Source: a virus (Duplodnaviria; Heunggongvirae; Uroviricota; Caudoviricetes). Taken from it: a stretch of DNA of 64,000 bases. The stretch lies in the IMG/VR virus record IMGVR_UViG_3300001687_000947. One strand, 5' to 3'. This document shows positions 62,107 to 64,000 of this stretch, piece after piece (the stretch's first letter is position 1; every line of letters begins with the position of its first letter). The notes below the pieces were generated by a model that was not told where the DNA came from, did not search any database, and saw nothing but the letters and a program-made list of their open reading frames with translations. The translations under genes and the position numbers were made by a program.

Positions 62107-63486
62107 ATGTCTAGTACAATATATAATGATAATGCATATGATGATATTATGGATTATCCTATGAATAGAAGTATTATCTATGGGGCTGGAAGATACTGGG
62201 TATTCTATTGTCCTGAAAGAGCAAATATAAGTTATAGATCAAGTGATGATAATGGAACTACATGGGATAGCCCTATAGTTATTGATTCTAATATTTATAG
62301 AAAGGTTGATTTTTCTGTTTATAGTTCTGATGGAACAATAATTCATACTTGTTATGCTAGGGAAGATCCAACTTGGAAAACTGTTTATTATAGGAGAGGA
62401 ACCTTAAATGCTGATGGAACTATTACTTGGGATATTGAACGTGAAGTTGTCCCTACTGATAATGTTAATCAACAATCTTATGTTTGTGTAACTGCTGATA
62501 GTAATTCTATTCCAGTTATTTTTTATGGGTTTTGGGTGAATCCTGATTATTATCAACATGTTGTTAGAGCAAATGATACTTTAGGAAGTAGTTGGGGATC
62601 AACTTTGAGAATAGGAACTATTGCTGGTAATCTTTATGCTAATCCAATGGTATTACCTGATGGTAAACTTTTTGTTACTATGCAACAAAACACTCCTACT
62701 GTTCATACTAAGTCATTACTTTATGATGGATCTTGGTCAGAAGATTCCTCCATTCCAGCTACAATCACTCATGGTTATTGTTATCAGGCTAAGGTAGATT
62801 TAGGTGGAACTGTTCATTATGCCTATATAGATGGAAATGATTATCATACTCAATATTTAACTTGGGATACTATTTCTGGGTGGGGTAGTACTGTTGAGGT
62901 TGACTCTAGTGAAAATCAACAATATGGTCCAATAGCCTTATTGCTACATAATGATATTCCTTATATCTTTAAAGGATATTCTGATGATATTATCATGTAT
63001 AATGGTGGGGATTCTTGGAGTAAAGAGACTGTTGTTACTGCTGAAGCAGGTACTATTTGGTATTTAAGAATGTCAACTAGTGACCGTAGAGGCTCTAGTG
63101 ATGATTATGGTATAAATTGGTTAATAACACCTGCTCCTAATCTTGATCTTAAATTTAGTACTGTAATTATTTCTGATCTAAGTACTTTTGAAATAACTGC
63201 TGTAACTACTGATGTTAGTTATGTTATTAGAACAGGAAATAATACTATTACTATTGTAGCTGATTTTACTGATCCTAATGATTATACTGCTGGTGAATAT
63301 AAATGTTGGATGTGGTTTAGGAACAATAATGTTGGAGATGCTTATACTATTGGACCATATGAAGCTACAGTTGGTAAATTAGCTTCTACATCTTATTCAG
63401 CTACCTTATCCTTGGATCCAACAACTGAGTGGGTTAGAAACTATGATGTAAGTATAGCTGTTGATCTTTGTCATTCTGCGGAGTAA
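62107..63486 (+). CDS. Asp-box (BNR) repeat beta-propeller protein, sialidase-like; putative receptor-binding/glycan-acting virion protein
   Basis: SSDDNGTTWDSP is a canonical S-x-D-x-G-x-T-W Asp-box. Further degenerate boxes are YDGSWSEDS and NGGDSWSKE. Confidence 0.5.
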   Translation: MSSTIYNDNAYDDIMDYPMNRSIIYGAGRYWVFYCPERANISYRSSDDNGTTWDSPIVIDSNIYRKVDFSVYSSDGTIIHTCYAREDPTWKTVYYRRGTLNADGTITWDIEREVVPTDNVNQQSYVCVTADSNSIPVIFYGFWVNPDYYQHVVRANDTLGSSWGSTLRIGTIAGNLYANPMVLPDGKLFVTMQQNTPTVHTKSLLYDGSWSEDSSIPATITHGYCYQAKVDLGGTVHYAYIDGNDYHTQYLTWDTISGWGSTVEVDSSENQQYGPIALLLHNDIPYIFKGYSDDIIMYNGGDSWSKETVVTAEAGTIWYLRMSTSDRRGSSDDYGINWLITPAPNLDLKFSTVIISDLSTFEITAVTTDVSYVIRTGNNTITIVADFTDPNDYTAGEYKCWMWFRNNNVGDAYTIGPYEATVGKLASTSYSATLSLDPTTEWVRNYDVSIAVDLCHSAE

Positions 63487-63533
63487 TATATATAATGTGA
63501 ATAGCTATTCATATTAGTAAGGAGACTAATATA

Positions 63534-63986
63534 ATGAGTATGAGTAGTTGCAAAGGTTTTATATGTACTAAATGCGGTAAGTGCTGTAGAGAAATGCCTA
63601 TTGATATTGTTGCATCAGATATTATTAGGTGGTATAATGATAGCAGATGGGATATTTTAACTGAAGTATCTTATATTGATAATTACCCAGATAAAGGTAA
63701 AGGTGGATTTTATATTGCTAAAACAACTTTTGCACCTAAACAATCATGCCCATTTCTAGAGGATAATAAATGTAGTATACATGATACTAAACCATTTGTA
63801 TGTAAGAATGCTCCATATGCACATAAGGAGTTTAAAGTATGTCCAGTATTTGATAGTAATGATATTTCTAGTGAAGATAGGAAAATGGCTCTTACTAAGG
63901 AACATATGTCTTTTAAGAGTACTTATTTTAATAGGAGTGACCTATTACAATTATTAATTGAGGTGAGAAGTAAATGTCAAGCATAG
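63534..63986 (+). CDS. YkgJ/UPF0153-like CxxCxxCC zinc/iron-chelating domain protein
   Basis: CTKCGKCC is followed by CPFL...CSIHD...C. Confidence 0.45.
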   Translation: MSMSSCKGFICTKCGKCCREMPIDIVASDIIRWYNDSRWDILTEVSYIDNYPDKGKGGFYIAKTTFAPKQSCPFLEDNKCSIHDTKPFVCKNAPYAHKEFKVCPVFDSNDISSEDRKMALTKEHMSFKSTYFNRSDLLQLLIEVRSKCQA

Positions 63987-64000
63987 TATTAAACTGTAAT

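Noticed and set aside
1-64000. CRISPR arrays, integrase/att sites, rRNA genes
   Set aside because: No regularly spaced direct repeats, no tyrosine/serine recombinase motifs and no rRNA-like conserved blocks were seen anywhere in the window.
1-64000. Assigning the element to a named virus family or a named host genus
   Set aside because: Archaeal-type RadA/XPF/DHH proteins, TATA-like boxes, low G+C and anaerobic RNR narrow it to an anaerobic AT-rich archaeal host. That is inference. Without similarity searches, neither the family nor the host can be stated.

Overview
This 64-kb stretch is visibly AT-rich (about 30% G+C judged by eye, not computed) and essentially every credible gene is on the + strand. 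Genes are tightly packed with short or overlapping junctions. GGAGG/GGTGA ribosome-binding spacers and TTG/GTG starts recur, as do TTTATATA-like boxes roughly 30-40 bp upstream of several starts. The window carries more than 100 ORFs, many of them 50-100-aa proteins full of CxxC zinc-ribbon motifs. That architecture is typical of a large dsDNA virus or virus-like mobile element of a prokaryote.

Recognisable functions:
- A replication and recombination block holds a RecJ/Cdc45-like DHH phosphoesterase, a RadA/Rad51-type recombinase with an N-terminal HhH domain, and a family-B DNA polymerase.
- Elsewhere there is an ERCC4/XPF-type nuclease, an HhH-GPD DNA glycosylase and two DNA methyltransferases.
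- Nucleotide metabolism is anaerobic: NrdD (class III ribonucleotide reductase) and an NrdG-like radical-SAM activase, plus a cytidine deaminase.
- An amino-acid/peptide ligase cluster contains two ATP-grasp ligases, a GCS2-like ligase and an Ntn-type amidotransferase.
- A roughly 12-kb glycan/lipid-linked sugar biosynthesis island contains GT4 and GT2 glycosyltransferases, a UbiA prenyltransferase, a radical-SAM/SPASM enzyme, epimerases and a sugar nucleotidyltransferase.
- There is also a LAGLIDADG homing endonuclease and a trypsin-like protease next to a possible portal/structural gene.
- Asp-box (BNR) and Gly/Thr-rich proteins lie at the 3' end.

The archaeal/eukaryal-type RadA, the short XPF, the Cdc45/RecJ-like DHH protein and the TATA-like boxes point to an archaeal host. 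The NrdD/NrdG pair and multiple radical-SAM enzymes indicate an anaerobic one. Assignment to a host or virus family is inference only.

The most striking item is an unannotated 53-aa ORF encoding a LysW/ArgW-type amino-group carrier protein (C-terminal EDWGE), present in a genome that also encodes RimK/LysX-family ATP-grasp ligases. At least three genes (possibly four) look frameshifted exactly at homopolymer runs.

All domain calls are by-eye motif recognition. No searches were run.
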